From assembly GCA_035456465.1 (NCBI GenBank), contig DATIDD010000077.1:4252-68251 (forward strand): a stretch of 64,000 nt of DNA. Reading direction: 5' to 3'. The notes beneath the pieces were generated by a model, which saw nothing but the letters and a program-made list of their open reading frames with translations, had not been told where the DNA came from and did no database searches. The position numbers were made by a program, and so were the translations under genes. Positions 1 to 9,144 of this stretch are shown here, one piece after another; within the stretch, counting starts at the first letter, position 1, and each line of letters starts with the position of its first letter. The DNA comes from Gaiellaceae bacterium (GTDB taxonomy: Bacteria; Actinomycetota; Thermoleophilia; Gaiellales; Gaiellaceae).

Positions 1-391
1 CCACGAGCGTCCGCGGGATCGCCGCCTCTCCCGCGAGCACGTCCTCGAGCGCGTGCGGCAGCCGGTTCGGGTCGGTGTCCTTCAGGAGGTAGCCCGACGC
101 GCCGGCCCGCAGGGCCGCGAGCAGGTCGTCGTCGTCGCGCGACACCGTCAGCATCACGACCTTCGTCGTCGGCAGCCGCGCCGTGATCTCCCACGCGGCC
201 GCGATGCCGCTGCCGGGCATCCGGATGTCGAGCACGCAGAGGTCGGGCCGTTCGCGCGCCGCCGCGTCGACGGCCTCGGCCGCGTCGGAAGCGACGGCGC
301 AGACCTCGAAGCGGCCGTCCGACTCGAGCGTGCGGCGGATGTCCTCGCGGGTCGGAGCGTGGTCGTCGGCGAGGAGGATCCGCGCGGTCAC
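1..391 (-). CDS. NarL/LuxR-family response regulator, receiver domain (C-terminal part lies outside the window)
   Basis: Reverse-strand translation from GTG at 391 gives VTARILLADDHAPTREDIRRTLE...DLCVLDIRMPGSGIAAAWEI...VVMLTVSRDDDDLLAALRAGASGYLLKD, a typical REC domain. GTGA stop/start overlap with the upstream kinase. Confidence 0.85.
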   Translation of the reverse strand, partial: MTARILLADDHAPTREDIRRTLESDGRFEVCAVASDAAEAVDAAARERPDLCVLDIRMPGSGIAAAWEITARLPTTKVVMLTVSRDDDDLLAALRAGASGYLLKDTDPNRLPHALEDVLAGEAAIPRTLV

Positions 392-1770
392 GGGAGCTCG
401 ACCTCCACCGCGGTGCCGCGCCCGGGCCGCGCCCGGAGCCGGAACGCCGCGCCGACGGCCTCGGCCCGCTCGCGCATGCTGACGAGCCCGAAGCCCGGCT
501 TCCCGCGGACGGCGGCCGGGTCGAAGCCGACGCCGTCGTCGACCACGCGCATCCGCACGCCGCGGCCATTCGACAGCTCGATCCGGACGCCGTGGGCACG
601 GCCGTGCACGGCGGCGTTCGTGACCGCCTCGCAGGCGATGCGGATCAGCGCCTCGCGGCGTGCGGGGTCGAGCCGCACGCCCCTGGCGAGGTCGAACGAG
701 AGGTCGAGCCCCGTTCGCGCCGCCACGTCCTCGGTCGCCTGCGCGAGCACGTCCTCGAGCGGCTCGTCGAGCGGACGCGTCAGCGCCGCGATCGCCCGGC
801 GCGAGTCGGCGAGCCCGCGCTGCGCGGCCGCCGCGATCTGGTGCGCCGCCCCGTCGCGCCCGCCGCTCGCGAGCCTGCGCGACGCCCGGTCGATGAAGGC
901 GAGCTCCTGGGCGACGCCGTCGTGCAGGTCGCGCGCGATCCGGCGACGTTCCTCGAGCACGGCCGCCTTCGCCAGGCCGCGCCAGTACCGCTCGACCTCG
1001 ATCGCGGCACCTGCGAGCAGCACGAGGTAGAAGGCGAGGCGGAAGAGCGTGCCGGTGTAGACCCAGTCCTCCTGGACGGGCGGGAACAGGAAGGAGTGGA
1101 GCCGCCCGAACGCGCCGACGATCGTCGCGACCGCGAGCCAGGTGAGGAGCGGGTCGTCCGGGCGGCGTTCGGCGTCCCGGGCGAAACCGATCGCGGCGGC
1201 GGCCAGACCGAGCACGGCCACGGCCGAGGCGATCAGGAAAACGGCGTGCAGCGAGAGGTGCGGCCGGGTCGGGTCGAGCGAGGCCAGGTCGGGCTCGCGC
1301 GGGAACGCCTCGAAGAGGACGTCGAGGGAGGCCGCGAACAGGAGCGCGAGCGCGACGCAGGCGCCGAGCGTCGCCGCCGTCCCTCGTCCGGAGCGGACGA
1401 CGCGGGTGTCCGGGAGGAACGCGGCGACGGCGATCACGACGATCCCGGCGAGGCTCGCGCCCCAGGCGAGCTGGGGGAGGGGGTCCCAGCCGCCGGCCGA
1501 GACGTTGACCGCCGAGATCGCGTTCGACGCGGCCAGCGTGAGCAGCCCGGCCGCGACGCCGAGGTGGTCGAGGCGCCGGCTACGGAGGAAGCGGCCGATG
1601 AAGATGTACGCGACGACCACGGCGATGAGCGCCGCGGCAGTCTCGATCGCAACCCGGGCGGAAGGGGCGTGGTAGGCCCAGCCGAGGCCCGGGTGGACGG
1701 CCACCGCGAGCGTGACGAGGCCGGCGCTGATGGCCACGACGCCGCAGAGCGTCCTCGGACGTACGGCCAC
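388..1770 (-). CDS. Membrane-bound sensor histidine kinase (HisKA_3 / NarX-DesK type)
   Basis: About 6 N-terminal hydrophobic segments. H-box RRRIARDLHDGVAQELAFI. HATPase_c motifs VTNAAVHG, VVDDGVGFD, GFGLVSMRERAEAVGA. Confidence 0.9.
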   Translation of the reverse strand: MAVRPRTLCGVVAISAGLVTLAVAVHPGLGWAYHAPSARVAIETAAALIAVVVAYIFIGRFLRSRRLDHLGVAAGLLTLAASNAISAVNVSAGGWDPLPQLAWGASLAGIVVIAVAAFLPDTRVVRSGRGTAATLGACVALALLFAASLDVLFEAFPREPDLASLDPTRPHLSLHAVFLIASAVAVLGLAAAAIGFARDAERRPDDPLLTWLAVATIVGAFGRLHSFLFPPVQEDWVYTGTLFRLAFYLVLLAGAAIEVERYWRGLAKAAVLEERRRIARDLHDGVAQELAFIDRASRRLASGGRDGAAHQIAAAAQRGLADSRRAIAALTRPLDEPLEDVLAQATEDVAARTGLDLSFDLARGVRLDPARREALIRIACEAVTNAAVHGRAHGVRIELSNGRGVRMRVVDDGVGFDPAAVRGKPGFGLVSMRERAEAVGAAFRLRARPGRGTAVEVELP

Positions 1771-1808
1771 GTCTCTCCTCCCGTCCCGAGCGCATAGCCT
1801 ACTGCCGA

Positions 1809-2939
1809 GTGACGGCGGTCGACTGGTGTGCGCTCGCGGTCGTCGCCGTCGCGGCGGTGCTCGGGATGCGGAAGGGGCTCGTGGCGGGCGCGCTCGCGCT
1901 CGCCGGGGTCGCCGTGGGCGCCGTCCTGGGCAGCCGCCTCGCGCCGGCGCTCCTGCCGGGTGGGGACGCCTCGGCGTACACGCCGCTCGTCGCGCTCGCC
2001 GGGGCCGCCGTCGGCGCGGTCGTCCTCGAGACGGTGGCGACGCTGGCCGGCGGCGCGCTGCGCCGGTCGCTCCACCTCACGCCGCTCGCGCCCCTGGACG
2101 CCCTCGGCGGACTGCTCCTCGGCGCCGCCGCCGGCCTCGCGGTCGTCTGGGTCCTCGGCGCGGTGGCGCTGCACGTCCCCGGGCAGCCGGACCTGCGACG
2201 GGCCGTGCAGCGGTCGGAGGTGCTCGCGCGGCTCAACGACGTCGTCCCACCCTCCCGCCTGCTCGACGCGATCCAGCGGGTCGACCCGTTCCCCGCGATC
2301 GTCGGCCCGGCCGGCCCTACCGAGCCCCCGGACCCGGCGACGCTGCAGCAACCGGGCGTGCGCGCGGCCGCGCCGAGCGTCGTGCGCGTGCTCGGCACCG
2401 CCTGCGGGCTCGCCGTGTCGGGGAGCGGCTGGGTCGCCCGCCCGCAGCTCGTCGTCACCGCCGCGCACGTCGTCGCGGGCCAGCGCGACACAGTGGTGGA
2501 GGCCTCGGGCGTGCGGCTCCGGGCGCGCGCCGTCGCCTACGAACCGGAAGACGACGTCGCGGTGCTGCGGGTCGACGGCCTGCGCCAGCGGCCGCTGCCG
2601 CTGGGGGACGGCTCGCCGGGGCAGGCGGTGGCGATCCTCGGCTACCCGGAGAACGGCCCGTTCGCCGCCGCCGCCGGGCGGATCGGCCGGACGGCGACGG
2701 TGATCTCGCAGGACGCGTACGGCCGCGGCCCGGTCCGTCGCTCCGTGACCGCGCTCTCGGGAACCGTGCGGCACGGGAACTCGGGCGGCCCCGCCGTCGA
2801 CGCCGCCGGGGAGGTCGAGACGACGGTGTTCGCCTCGCGAGTCGGGTCCTCCGGCGGCTTCGGCGTCCCGAACGCCGTGGTGCGGAGCGTGCTGGCGGAC
2901 GCGGGCGAGCCGGTCTCCACCGGCCCCTGCGCGCCGTAG
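1809..2939 (+). CDS. MarP-like membrane serine protease (CvpA-type TM domain + trypsin-like S1 domain)
   Basis: N-terminal multi-TM region (AVVAVAAVLGM..., LVALAGAAVGAVVL...). Catalytic motifs VVTAAHVVAG and HGNSGGPAVD. Architecture matches mycobacterial MarP. Confidence 0.8.
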   Translation: MTAVDWCALAVVAVAAVLGMRKGLVAGALALAGVAVGAVLGSRLAPALLPGGDASAYTPLVALAGAAVGAVVLETVATLAGGALRRSLHLTPLAPLDALGGLLLGAAAGLAVVWVLGAVALHVPGQPDLRRAVQRSEVLARLNDVVPPSRLLDAIQRVDPFPAIVGPAGPTEPPDPATLQQPGVRAAAPSVVRVLGTACGLAVSGSGWVARPQLVVTAAHVVAGQRDTVVEASGVRLRARAVAYEPEDDVAVLRVDGLRQRPLPLGDGSPGQAVAILGYPENGPFAAAAGRIGRTATVISQDAYGRGPVRRSVTALSGTVRHGNSGGPAVDAAGEVETTVFASRVGSSGGFGVPNAVVRSVLADAGEPVSTGPCAP

Positions 2940-2948
2940 GCGGGATCG

Positions 2949-4763
2949 CTAGGCGGTCGCGAGCAGCTCGAGCACGCCGAGCGGCTGCCGGAACGGCGCG
3001 ACGACGTAGACGCCGGCGGCCTTCTCCCGCGACTCGGCGAGGAGCTCCCGCGCCAGCTCGAGGCCGACGGCGCGCGCGTCGGCGCCGGCGGCGCGCAGGC
3101 GCTCCTGCACCGGCTCGGGGACGACGATCCCGGGCACCTCGTTGTGGAGCCGCTGCGCCAGCTGCAGGCTGGGGAGCGGCCACACGCCGACGAGCAGCGG
3201 GATCGGCGACGAGCCGCCGAGCCGCGCGAGGAAGCGGTCGAGGAACGCGAGGTCGAAGAGCACCTGGGTCATCGCGAAGCGCGCGCCGGCCTCGAGCTTC
3301 TCCTCGAAGCGGCGCAGCTCGACGTCGAGGTCGTCCGCGGACGGGTTCACCGCGACGCCGCAGAAGAACGAGGTCGGCGCGTCGATGGCGCGGCCGTGGA
3401 AGTCCTCGCCGCGATTGAGGGACGCGACGATCGCCGTCAGTCCGATCGCGTCGACCTGGTAGACGCCGTGCGCGCCGGGGTAGTCCGCCTCTTCCGGTGG
3501 GTCGCCCGTCACCGCGAGGACGTTGCGGACGCCCGCGGCGTGAGCCCCCAGGAGCAGCGACTCGAGCCCGGCGATCGTGGCGTCCCGCGTCGTCAGGTGC
3601 GGGATGGTCTCGACCCCGGTCGCCTGCTCGATCGCGACCGAGACCATCACGCCGCTCATCCGCGCGCGGGCGCGTGGGTTGTCGTTGACGTCGACGAAGT
3701 GCGCGGTGCCGGACTCCTTCAGCGTTCGCGCGGTCTCGAGCAGCGCGGCGGCGTCCGCCCCGAGCGGCGGGTCGAGCTGCACGGACACGACGAACTCGCC
3801 GCTCCCCAGCATCCGCGCCAGCTCCGTCTCGCCGTCGGCCGGCGACGCCGGCACCGGCAGGTCGCGCTCGCGGGGGACGAACGCCAGCGCCGGCTCGCGG
3901 CCCGCGTCGATCGCCTCGCGGATCGCGGCCACCTGCGCCGGCGTCGTGCCGCAGCACCCGCCGACGATCCCCGCGCCGAGTCGCCGCGCCTGCGCTGCGA
4001 ACTCGCCGAAGTACTCGGGCGTCGCGTGCGGGTAGACGATCCGGCTGCCGGACAGCGACGCGAGCCCGATGTTCGGCAGCGCCGCCAGCACGCGGCCCTC
4101 TCCGGCCATGTCCGTGAGGGCCGTCAGCGCCGCCTGCGGCCCGGCGCCGTGGTTCGCGCCCACCGCGGCGAGCCCGAGCGGCTCGAGCCGTGCGGCGGCC
4201 TCGCGCGCGGAGACGCCGCCGAGCGTCTGCCCGTCCGTGTCGAACGTCATCAGCGCGACGATCGGGAGCGACGTCGCGGCGCGGACGGCCTCGACCGCCG
4301 TGACGAGCTCGTCGAGGTCGTAGAACGTCTCGACCATGAAGAGGTCGGCGCCGCGGCCCTCGAGGATCGCGGCCTGTTCCGCGAAGAGCTCGGCCCTGGG
4401 CTCGCCGCGGAGCTCGACGTCGCCGAGCGGCCCGATCGAGCCGGCGATGAACACGTCGCGCCCCGTGACCTCTCGCGCCTCGCGGGCGAGCTTCACCGCC
4501 GTCGAGTTGATCCGCTCGAACTCGTCCTCGAGGAAGTGCGTCGCCAGCTTCGGGCGGTTGGCGCCGAACGTGTTCGTCTCGATCAGCTCCGCGCCGGCGC
4601 GGATGTACGCCACGTGCACCGAGACGACGCTCTCGGGGGCGCGGAGGTTGGCCTCCTCCGGGCAGCGGAGGCGCGGGACCGCGTCGGAGATGAGCGCGCC
4701 CATGCCGCCGTCGGCCACGATCGGAGGGCCCGCCGCGAGGCGCTCGAGGAGCCGGTTCGCCAT
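2949..4763 (-). CDS. Bifunctional homocysteine S-methyltransferase / methylenetetrahydrofolate reductase (YitJ type)
   Basis: N-terminal Hcy-methyltransferase domain (IVADGGMGA..., IETNTFGAN, GGCCGTTPAQV) followed by an MTHFR-like domain (VSVQLDPPLG..., AVTGDPP). ATG 4763 (MANRLLERL) preferred over TTG 4793 from the ORF track. Confidence 0.85.
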   Translation of the reverse strand: MANRLLERLAAGPPIVADGGMGALISDAVPRLRCPEEANLRAPESVVSVHVAYIRAGAELIETNTFGANRPKLATHFLEDEFERINSTAVKLAREAREVTGRDVFIAGSIGPLGDVELRGEPRAELFAEQAAILEGRGADLFMVETFYDLDELVTAVEAVRAATSLPIVALMTFDTDGQTLGGVSAREAAARLEPLGLAAVGANHGAGPQAALTALTDMAGEGRVLAALPNIGLASLSGSRIVYPHATPEYFGEFAAQARRLGAGIVGGCCGTTPAQVAAIREAIDAGREPALAFVPRERDLPVPASPADGETELARMLGSGEFVVSVQLDPPLGADAAALLETARTLKESGTAHFVDVNDNPRARARMSGVMVSVAIEQATGVETIPHLTTRDATIAGLESLLLGAHAAGVRNVLAVTGDPPEEADYPGAHGVYQVDAIGLTAIVASLNRGEDFHGRAIDAPTSFFCGVAVNPSADDLDVELRRFEEKLEAGARFAMTQVLFDLAFLDRFLARLGGSSPIPLLVGVWPLPSLQLAQRLHNEVPGIVVPEPVQERLRAAGADARAVGLELARELLAESREKAAGVYVVAPFRQPLGVLELLATA

Positions 4764-5099
4764 CGCCGTACCGTAGTGAAGCGAGGCGGTCAACCGGCTT
4801 CGGGTGATGGATGAAGTGACCTCCCGTCGACGATAGTCACATCAGCTCGACCGACCCGATGCGGCGGGGCCGGCGAGTCCCAAGCGAAGCGGCCCCGATG
4901 CGGCGGGGGCTGCTTCGCGATCGGAACGGCCTCGAGATCGAGGCCGGCCAAGGAGGGGCGCCGACCGGGCGGCGGTCGCGCCCCTCGCTCTTTCCGGAGG
5001 GCCGACGCGGCGAGCGGGGCTCAAGTCCGGCGGTGACGGTGCCGATGGGTGAGCGTTCCTTGCCGGGGACTGACGGCAACCATCCTGCGGCAAGGCTTC

Positions 5100-5123
5100 G
5101 GCGGCGGGCTCCGGCCCGCCGCC
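5100..5123 (-). terminator. GC-rich stem-loop just downstream of the SDR gene (10-bp stem, 4-nt loop)
   Basis: GGCGGCGGGC-tccg-GCCCGCCGCC lies 15 nt after the SDR stop codon on the minus strand. No clear U-tract. Confidence 0.45.
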
Positions 5124-5137
5124 TCGCGTTCGTCGAC

Positions 5138-5902
5138 CTAGTCGGGATGGATCGTGCGTCCCTCCATCCCGCCCGCGATCGTCACGACCTGTCCCGTGAC
5201 GTGGCCCGAGAGACGGTCGGAGGCCAGCACGACGACCTGGCGGGCGACGTCTTCCGGGCGGGCGACCTTCCGCAGCGCCATCGTCCGCGAGAGCGCGCGC
5301 ACCGTCTCCGGGTCGACGTGGCCGCGCGTCATCGGCGACTCCGTCCAGCCGGGCGCGACCGCGTTCACGCGGGCGAGCGGTGCTGCGCGCACGACCTCGT
5401 TCTTCAGCGAGAGCAGCAGGCCGCCGAGGATGGCCGACTTCGCGGCCGCGTAGTCGGCGTGCCCGGCCTCCCCGACGAGGCCGGCGGTCGACCCGACCAG
5501 CACGAGGCTCCCGTGACCGGTGCGCACGACCTCGCGGAGGAAGGCCCGTGCCGTCAGGAACGTGGCGGTCAGGTTCGCGCGCAGCGTGTCCTCCCAGCGC
5601 TCGAGCGGGAGCTCCCACGCCGGCACGTCCTCCTGCGGCCACACCCCCGCGACGGCGGCGCAGACGTCGACGCGGCCGAGCGCCGTCCGCGCTTCCGCGA
5701 AGACGCGCTCGACCTCACGCTCGTCGCGGAGGTCGCCGCCGACGACCGCGTCGGCGCCGGTGGCCTCGGCCCGCTCGCGCCCGCGGTGGTAGTGCGCGAC
5801 CACGCGCGCGCCCTCCTCCCTGAACGCGGCGACGCAGGCGGCGCCGATCCCTCCCGATCCGCCGGTGACGAGCACGCCGCACCCGCGCAGCCCGGTCTCC
5901 AT
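5138..5902 (-). CDS. SDR-family oxidoreductase
   Basis: Only the 3' 254 codons of the 700-aa track ORF look real. Rossmann motif VTGGSGGIGAA, catalytic Y-x3-K (YAAAKSA), NAVAPG. Confidence 0.85.
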   Translation of the reverse strand: METGLRGCGVLVTGGSGGIGAACVAAFREEGARVVAHYHRGRERAEATGADAVVGGDLRDEREVERVFAEARTALGRVDVCAAVAGVWPQEDVPAWELPLERWEDTLRANLTATFLTARAFLREVVRTGHGSLVLVGSTAGLVGEAGHADYAAAKSAILGGLLLSLKNEVVRAAPLARVNAVAPGWTESPMTRGHVDPETVRALSRTMALRKVARPEDVARQVVVLASDRLSGHVTGQVVTIAGGMEGRTIHPD

Positions 5903-5953
5903 GCGGCGGAACGCTACTCGGGCTCGGCCCGATGCGCCTAAGCTCCTCGGGTC

Positions 5954-6763
5954 GTGCGGGTCCTCATCATCAGCGACATGGAGGGCGTGGCGGGGATCGT
6001 CAATCCCTCGCAGACGAACGCCGGCGAGCCGCTCTACGAGGAGGGGCGGAAGCTCTACACCGAGGAGATCAACGCGGCGGTGCGGGGCGCGAAGGCCGCG
6101 GGCGCGACCGAGATCGTCGTGATGGACCACCACGGCGCGGGCGGCGGCTTCAGCTTCAACTCGCTCGTCCCCGAGCTGCTCGACCCCGCGTGCCAGTTCG
6201 TCGTGCAGGAGGAGTGGACGCAGTACACGACGTTCCTCGAGGAGGGGGTCGACGCGTGCCTCCTCGTGGCGATGCACGCGATGGCCGGGACGTCCGGCGG
6301 CGTGCTGAACCACACCGTCTCGGGGCGGTCGTGGCAGAACCTCTGGTTCAACGACGTCCTCGTGGGCGAGACCGGGATCAACGCGGCGCTTTGCGGCACG
6401 TGGGGCTGCCCCGTCGTCCTCGTGACGGGCGACGAGGCCACCTGCCGCGAGGCCGCAGCGCTGCTCGGCGGCGACCTCACCACCGTGACCGTGAAGTGGG
6501 GGATCAGCGCCAGGGGCGCACGGAACCTCGTCCCCGTGCGCGCCCGGGAGCTGATCGAGGCGGGCGCGCGCGAGGCGCTGGGCAGGCGCGGCTCGGTGCC
6601 GCCCTACGATCCCGGCCGCCCCTGTGCGATCCGCGTCGAGTTCACGAGCACCGACGGCGTCGACCAGTACCGCAACCGCACCGGTGTCGAGGTGCTCGGC
6701 GCCCGCCAGATCGTCAGCCGGGCCGACGACTGGTGGACGGCCTGGCGGCAGTTCTTCTTCTAG
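5954..6763 (+). CDS. Peptidase M55 family (DppA-type D-aminopeptidase)
   Basis: N-terminus MRVLIISDMEGVAGIV and overall length are typical of M55/DppA. Confidence 0.75.
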   Translation: MRVLIISDMEGVAGIVNPSQTNAGEPLYEEGRKLYTEEINAAVRGAKAAGATEIVVMDHHGAGGGFSFNSLVPELLDPACQFVVQEEWTQYTTFLEEGVDACLLVAMHAMAGTSGGVLNHTVSGRSWQNLWFNDVLVGETGINAALCGTWGCPVVLVTGDEATCREAAALLGGDLTTVTVKWGISARGARNLVPVRARELIEAGAREALGRRGSVPPYDPGRPCAIRVEFTSTDGVDQYRNRTGVEVLGARQIVSRADDWWTAWRQFFF

Positions 6764-7347
6764 GTCGCGGCGGTCGCCGTCGGCTCCGGCACGATCCCGA
6801 GCCCCTCGACGAGCGTGAAGAACGCGCGCGCCCACGGGGAGTGCTGCGTGCGGTCGCGGACGTGGTCCCAGTCGATCTGCTCGCGGAGCGCCCGCGCGAT
6901 CGTCAGCACGGAGCCGAAGTCGGGCTCCTGCTCCTTCAGCGCGAGCAGCTTCGTGGTCATCACGTCCTCGAGCGCGAGGATCGGCAGCCGCATGGCCATC
7001 AGCTCGAACTCGTCGGCGCGCTCGAGCCACTCGTCGGTGACGGGGCCGCCGCTCGGGCAGAAGACGAGGTCGACGAGCACGCCCTCGTCGTCGTCCCAGA
7101 CCTTGAGCAGCCAGTCCTCGGGCGGCCGCTCGGCGCGCATCCGGGCCTCGCGGACGAGCGCCTCCTGCGCCCGCTCGGCGTCGGCCGGCTTGACGAAGAA
7201 GTCGACGTCGTGGTCGGTCTCGGGCCCACCGCGAGCCCAAGCCGCGAGCCCGCCGCCGAGCGCGAACGGGATCTCCTCGTCGCGCAGGATCGCCGCCACC
7301 TTCTTCAGGGAGGCGACGAAGCTCTCCATCGTCCGGTCGCTCGGCAT
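6760..7347 (-). CDS. Nucleotidyltransferase-fold protein (pol-beta superfamily)
   Basis: FALGGGLAAWARGG...DHDVDFFV matches the G-x-G...D-x-D NTase signature. Start at ATG 7347 (alternative 7329); the upstream part of the track ORF is Arg/Ser-rich junk. Confidence 0.65.
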   Translation of the reverse strand: MPSDRTMESFVASLKKVAAILRDEEIPFALGGGLAAWARGGPETDHDVDFFVKPADAERAQEALVREARMRAERPPEDWLLKVWDDDEGVLVDLVFCPSGGPVTDEWLERADEFELMAMRLPILALEDVMTTKLLALKEQEPDFGSVLTIARALREQIDWDHVRDRTQHSPWARAFFTLVEGLGIVPEPTATAAT

Positions 7348-7426
7348 CTCTCGGACCCGCGGTTCCCGCGCCGCGGCCTCGCTAACCGCGTGTCGGGAGG
7401 CGCGTGCCCGGGGTATGGGAGGGAGG

Positions 7427-8188
7427 ATGACCCGGCACATCCGGATCGCGGCCGCGGGCGACGTCCACGCCTCCGAGGCGGCCCGTGAGCGCGTCGAGGA
7501 CGCGTTCGGCCGGCTCGAGGACGTCGACCTCGTGCTCCTCGCCGGCGACCTGACGACGCACGGGGAGCCCGAGCAGGCGCTCGTCGTGGCCGACGCGGCG
7601 CGAGGCGTCGACGCCCCCGTGGTCGCCGTGCTCGGCAACCACGACGTCCACGCGGGACGGCAGGCGGAGGTCGCGCGCGTGCTGCGCGACGCCGGGATCG
7701 TCGTGCTCGACCGGGGGGCGGAGGTGCTCGAGCTGGGCGAGCTCGAGGTCGGCGTCGTGGGGACGAAGGGCTTCGTCGGCGGGTTCCCCGGCTCGTCGAT
7801 CCCGGACTTCGGGGAGCGGCTGCTGCGCGACCTCTACCGCGAGACCACGGAGGAGATGTGCGCGGTCGAGCGTGGGCTGCAGCAGGTCGCCGGAGCCGAC
7901 CTCCGCATCGTGCTGCTGCACTACGCGCCGGTGGTCGACACGCTCGCGGGCGAGCCCGCCGGGATCCACGCGATGCTCGGGTCGGCGCGGCTCGCGATCC
8001 CGATCGCGGAGTACCAACCGGACCTGGTCCTCCACGGGCACGCGCACGCGGGCAGCTTCGAGGGTCGCATCGGCGAGACGCCGGTCTACAACGTCGCGGT
8101 GCACGTGACGGGACGGGACTTCTACGTCCTCGACCTGAACGTCCGGCCGCGGCGCCATCCCGAGATCGAGGTCGAGTCGGCCCCGTAG
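7427..8188 (+). CDS. Calcineurin-like metallophosphoesterase
   Basis: Motifs AAAGDVH, LAGDLTTHG, LGNHD, VLLHYAP, HGHAH. GGGAGG SD-like sequence precedes ATG 7427. Confidence 0.85.
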   Translation: MTRHIRIAAAGDVHASEAARERVEDAFGRLEDVDLVLLAGDLTTHGEPEQALVVADAARGVDAPVVAVLGNHDVHAGRQAEVARVLRDAGIVVLDRGAEVLELGELEVGVVGTKGFVGGFPGSSIPDFGERLLRDLYRETTEEMCAVERGLQQVAGADLRIVLLHYAPVVDTLAGEPAGIHAMLGSARLAIPIAEYQPDLVLHGHAHAGSFEGRIGETPVYNVAVHVTGRDFYVLDLNVRPRRHPEIEVESAP

Positions 8189-8221
8189 GCCCCACGCCGG
8201 CCGGACGTACACTGGCGGCGG

Positions 8222-8992
8222 ATGGCGTCCGTCACGTCGCTCTGGCTCGCTCCCGTGAAGGGCCTCGGGCTGACCAGCCCGCAGGAGATCGAGCTCGCGC
8301 GCACGGGCGTCGACGACAACCGGCGGTTCGCCCTCGTCGACGAGGGTGGGCGGCGGTACGGCGCTCTGCGCGACCCGCGTCTCGTCGCGATCGACGTCGA
8401 CTGGGACGCGGCGTCGCGGCGGCTCGAGCTCCGCTTCCCGGACGGCGCCGTCGTCGACGGCGTGGTGGAGACGGACGGCGCGATCGAGACCGACCTGTTC
8501 AGCCGCGTCCTGCGCGGACGGCTGGTGGTGGGGCCGTGGGCGGACGCGATCTCGTCGTACCTCGGCCGGGAGGTGCGGATGCTCGAGAGCGAGCCCGGCG
8601 GGACCCGCGCGGTCGACCGGCGGCGCGGGCCGGTCACGATCCTGTCCGAGGCCTCGCTCGGGGAGCTCGCGCGCCGGGCCGGCGTCGACGCCGTCGACGG
8701 CCGCCGGTTCCGCATGCTGATCCACGCCGGCGGGACGGCGCCGCACGAGGAGGACGAGTGGATCGCGCGCGACGTGCGCGTCGGCGAGGCGGTCGTGCGC
8801 GTGCACGAGCAGGTGGCGCGGTGCGCGATCACGACGACCTCGCCCGAGAGCGGCAGGCGCGACCTCGACACGCTCCGTGTGATCAAGGGCTACCGCGGCG
8901 TCCGCGACGAGGACGCGATCGACTTCGGCGTGTGGGGCGACGTGGTCGAGCCTGGCCGCGTCCGCGTCGGCGACGAGATCGTGCCGCTCTAG
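8222..8992 (+). CDS. MOSC domain-containing protein
   Basis: N-terminal beta-barrel (LWLAPVKGLGL) and C-terminal MOSC region with conserved Cys (HEQVARCAITT). Confidence 0.75.
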   Translation: MASVTSLWLAPVKGLGLTSPQEIELARTGVDDNRRFALVDEGGRRYGALRDPRLVAIDVDWDAASRRLELRFPDGAVVDGVVETDGAIETDLFSRVLRGRLVVGPWADAISSYLGREVRMLESEPGGTRAVDRRRGPVTILSEASLGELARRAGVDAVDGRRFRMLIHAGGTAPHEEDEWIARDVRVGEAVVRVHEQVARCAITTTSPESGRRDLDTLRVIKGYRGVRDEDAIDFGVWGDVVEPGRVRVGDEIVPL

Positions 8993-9144
8993 CCGACGCG
9001 CCGAGCAGCCGGGGTCAGGCCCCGGCCACGACCGGAAGGGACGCACCACCGACGTGGGCATGCGGGTCGCCGTGATCGAACGGTCGCGCGGCGCCAGCCG
9101 TACGGGACGTGTCCGGGGCCAGCCCCCGGCCATGGCCGGTGCGC

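Noticed and set aside
1712-3957. Long Arg/Pro/Ala-rich ORFs on both strands (1712-3418 +, 2455-3957 -)
   Set aside because: They overlap the well-supported MarP-like and YitJ-like genes, and their composition is typical of off-frame translation of GC-rich DNA.
4794-5137. Resemblance of parts of the leader region to SAM-I/SAM-IV (GGCAACC, GGUGCC), RNase P (AAGUCCGG) and SRP RNA (UCCGGAA)
   Set aside because: The short matches are on the plus strand, or in the wrong order relative to the riboswitch consensus. The conserved cores are absent (GAGGGA...GCAACC...GGUGC order, GAGGAAAGUCCGGGC, GGUCCGGAAGGAAGCAGCC). I kept it only as an unclassified structured region.
9008-9026. Hairpin GCCGGGG-tcagg-CCCCGGC after the MOSC gene as an intrinsic terminator
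   Set aside because: It has only a 7-bp stem and no U-tract, and it lies in a convergent gap where many GC-rich inverted repeats occur by chance. That is too weak to list as a feature.
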